7,945 nucleotides of DNA from Candidatus Odinarchaeota archaeon (GTDB lineage: Archaea > Asgardarchaeota > Odinarchaeia > Odinarchaeales > Odinarchaeaceae), in the NCBI GenBank assembly GCA_038826135.1, contig JAWBON010000053.1:1-7945 (forward strand), read 5' to 3'. Within the stretch, counting starts at the first letter, position 1. Each line of letters starts with the position of its first letter. Positions 6,000-7,945 of this stretch are shown here, in pieces. The translations under genes were made by a program, and so were the position numbers. Under the pieces are notes generated by a model. The model saw nothing but the letters and a program-made list of their open reading frames with translations, was not told the origin of the DNA and made no database searches.

Positions 6000-6716
6000 A
6001 TGACCTCCATAGAAATTGAGCGATTAAATGATCATCAGGATTGGATATATGATAGTACTATCATTTTAACTAAACCAATAGTATCGGGTAGAAACAGGTT
6101 AAAGAAGATGCGCAGGCAATCTGTCGTAAAAGTAATTGATGAAATTCTCAGGATAAGTGAAGAAGACCAAGAGGAATTACTAGATGTTCTTTCGGATCTA
6201 GTTATCAATAAAGAGCTTACTGAAATAGAAATCATCAAATTAAAAGAGGAAATTGAAGATAAAATGAATCAAATTAAAAAAATAGGAGCTAAATTTTCTA
6301 ATTTAACTAATTATTTTAATTCTTTAGACGAAGCCACTAAGAAAGACTTAATAAAATTATCAATAGATAAAGCCTTAGTGTATTTTAACGGATTAAAAGA
6401 GGCTGTAATTAAAAGTGTTTGGGATAAGGAAGCTAGTATACAGAACACTATGATACTAGGAAAAACTATACATACAATTACTGAATACCTTTCCAAGTCT
6501 TCTAAAAAAATTAAAACTAAAAAGGTGAAAGAAGATTATTTAGAAGAGAATTTAACCGTCGCATTAATACTTATTCTTAAAATTGAAGCTTATAGACGGG
6601 GTAAAATTACCATCGATGAGCTGGAGCAGACATTAGCAGGTCTACCATTAGAACCAAACAGAAAATATGTTTTACCAGAGGAATATAAGGGTGTCTTGGA
6701 AGTGTTAAATGCTTGA
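6000..6716 (+). CDS. Hypothetical 238-aa predicted all-helical protein, putative partner/antitoxin of the downstream PIN protein
   Basis: Long ORF with Glu/Lys/Ile/Leu-rich amphipathic composition and SD-like GAGGGT upstream. Its TGA overlaps the TTG start of the PIN gene. No family recognised. Confidence 0.8.
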   Translation: MTSIEIERLNDHQDWIYDSTIILTKPIVSGRNRLKKMRRQSVVKVIDEILRISEEDQEELLDVLSDLVINKELTEIEIIKLKEEIEDKMNQIKKIGAKFSNLTNYFNSLDEATKKDLIKLSIDKALVYFNGLKEAVIKSVWDKEASIQNTMILGKTIHTITEYLSKSSKKIKTKKVKEDYLEENLTVALILILKIEAYRRGKITIDELEQTLAGLPLEPNRKYVLPEEYKGVLEVLNA

Positions 6717-7435
6717 ACTACTTTACTCTCGATACAAATATACTAATAGGTGTCGCTAATGAAACAGATGAATTGCATGAAAAATCTCTTTCATTAATAA
6801 CAGGTGAAGATAGAAAAGGACATAAATGTTTTTTAGTTTATACTGCGGTAAGAGAATTTAACTTAACATTTCGGAAAAAATTAAATCAAGCCATCGGAGA
6901 AATATTAGAGGAGCTAAGAAAAATTGAAGACGTAGAACAAGGATTCGATTTAAAGAGGAATTTAGTAGAATTATTTAATAGAAAGATAAATCAAAAAACA
7001 CTTCTTACTAATTTTTATAAATTATTATTTAAAAAGATAGACGAATATATAATAGAAAATCTCGATATTTCCCGTCTATTCACATACTTAGTAGAATTAA
7101 CAGAAAATTTATCTAGGATCGCTTTTGATGTTATTAATGATATTATCGGTGAATTAGAAATTCATTATATCGATTTAACAAATGAAGATCATATAGAAAA
7201 AGTCTCTAAAATTAATGAATTATCAAGAGAGATTATATTTAAGGATAAAACAGATAAAGCAATTCTAATCGAAGTAATAATTACCGTTCTCGACTTATTA
7301 GAAAAAACTACGCTTTATTCAAGCGATAAAGAATTAAAAATAAAAGCGTTAGCAGTAATCAAATCGTTAAAAGGTAGCTTCCAAAAAATAGAGTTACTCG
7401 ATATAAAACATATCGACGAATATAATATTAATTAA
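6713..7435 (+). CDS. Enlarged PIN-domain ribonuclease (VapC-like fold with a long helical insertion)
   Basis: The PIN acidic set is present: D7 (FTLDTNILI...NETDELH), E48 (VYTAVREF), D178/D181 (DKTDKAIL) and D205 (LYSSDKEL). TTG start with GGAAGTG 8 nt upstream. Confidence 0.8.
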   Translation: MNYFTLDTNILIGVANETDELHEKSLSLITGEDRKGHKCFLVYTAVREFNLTFRKKLNQAIGEILEELRKIEDVEQGFDLKRNLVELFNRKINQKTLLTNFYKLLFKKIDEYIIENLDISRLFTYLVELTENLSRIAFDVINDIIGELEIHYIDLTNEDHIEKVSKINELSREIIFKDKTDKAILIEVIITVLDLLEKTTLYSSDKELKIKALAVIKSLKGSFQKIELLDIKHIDEYNIN

Positions 7436-7439
7436 ACGT

Positions 7440-7945
7440 ATGGTGACAAATATAGGCACTATTATTATACTATGTGGTGGTCAATCAAATCGGTTAAAAA
7501 CTAGTAAACCCTTTCTAAAACTCGGATCCACTACTTTAATCGAATACGTTGTGAATAGGGTTAAAAAATATTTTAAAAATATTTTCATAATTGTTAAGAG
7601 CTCCGAAGATGCTGAAAAAATTAAAGCTTTTTTAAGAAACGTTACAGTTTTAGAGGACACGGTGAAAGATCAGCAGGCTCCTATACTGGGGCTTCTAACC
7701 GCTGTGGAGAAAATAAGTGAAAGCGTATTCTTCACATTATCATGTGACATGCCACTGGTTGATTTAAACATAGTAGATATGTTAATTAAACCATTAGGGG
7801 ATCACAATCCGCTTATACGCAGATGGCCTAACGGCTTCATAGAACCACTTTTCGCCGTATACCGTAAAGAAGCCTTAGAACAAAGTATCAGGCAGGTTTT
7901 ATCTGAGGGAAGGTTTGAACTGACGCGAATGGTTTCCAAACTAAG
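7440..7945 (+). CDS. mobA: Molybdenum cofactor guanylyltransferase, 5' part (runs off the window; absent from the ORF track)
   Basis: My translation from ATG 7440 gives MVTNIGTIIILCGGQSNRLKTSKPFLKLG...QAPILGLLTAVE...FFTLSCDMPLV...IEPLFAVYRKE, open to the end of the window. It has the MobA motifs LxGGxSxR...K, GP-like AP-LGL, CDMP and EPLxAxY. Confidence 0.88.
   Translation, partial: MVTNIGTIIILCGGQSNRLKTSKPFLKLGSTTLIEYVVNRVKKYFKNIFIIVKSSEDAEKIKAFLRNVTVLEDTVKDQQAPILGLLTAVEKISESVFFTLSCDMPLVDLNIVDMLIKPLGDHNPLIRRWPNGFIEPLFAVYRKEALEQSIRQVLSEGRFELTRMVSKL

Larger units (their letters stand above)
5520..7435. mobile_element. AT-rich putative horizontally acquired islet between apgM and mobA
   Basis: Hand counts of five 60-nt lines gave ~15-33% GC, against ~38-52% in sampled hacA, apgM and mobA lines. 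It contains only a TA-like gene pair and a long spacer. There is no transposase or integrase, and the boundaries are approximate. Confidence 0.5.

Noticed and set aside
6035-6496. Minus-strand ORFs 6035..6238 and 6311..6496 as antisense antitoxin peptides
   Set aside because: Their composition is what the reverse complement of a Glu/Lys-rich gene yields, and there are no expression signals.
5519-7434. ATTAATTA at 5519-5526 and 7427-7434 as a target-site duplication of the islet
   Set aside because: An all-A/T 8-mer is expected by chance in DNA this AT-rich, and no terminal inverted repeats or mobility gene accompany it.
1-7945. CRISPR array, rRNA, intact IS element, or selenocysteine/pyrrolysine read-through
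   Set aside because: No regularly spaced repeats, rRNA-like segments or complete transposase were seen, and no in-frame stop interrupts a conserved domain.

Overview
Archaeal chromosomal window. AGGTGA Shine-Dalgarno sites, BRE/TATA promoters and a Sulfolobus-LysM-like regulator suggest a TACK/Asgard-type host, but this is inference. Left edge (1-380): a probable decayed integrated element, with the ~48-codon N-terminus of an archaeal tyrosine integrase broken off at ~180 and an 11-nt tRNA-3'-end-like sequence that may be an att site. Minus-strand core (410-5462): the first steps of the alpha-aminoadipate lysine pathway (homocitrate synthase, homoaconitase/IPM-isomerase large and small subunits), a LysM/Lrp regulator and apgM. 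Wobble-position strand bias flips between hcs and lysM/apgM although all lie on the same strand. An AT-rich insert (~5520-7435) follows. It carries a coupled two-gene cassette: an unrecognised 238-aa helical protein and an enlarged 240-aa PIN-domain nuclease. This is the best candidate for an undescribed toxin-antitoxin or defence module. It abuts mobA (7440 to window end), which the ORF track missed. No databases were searched; all family calls come from motif recognition and all counts are hand counts.
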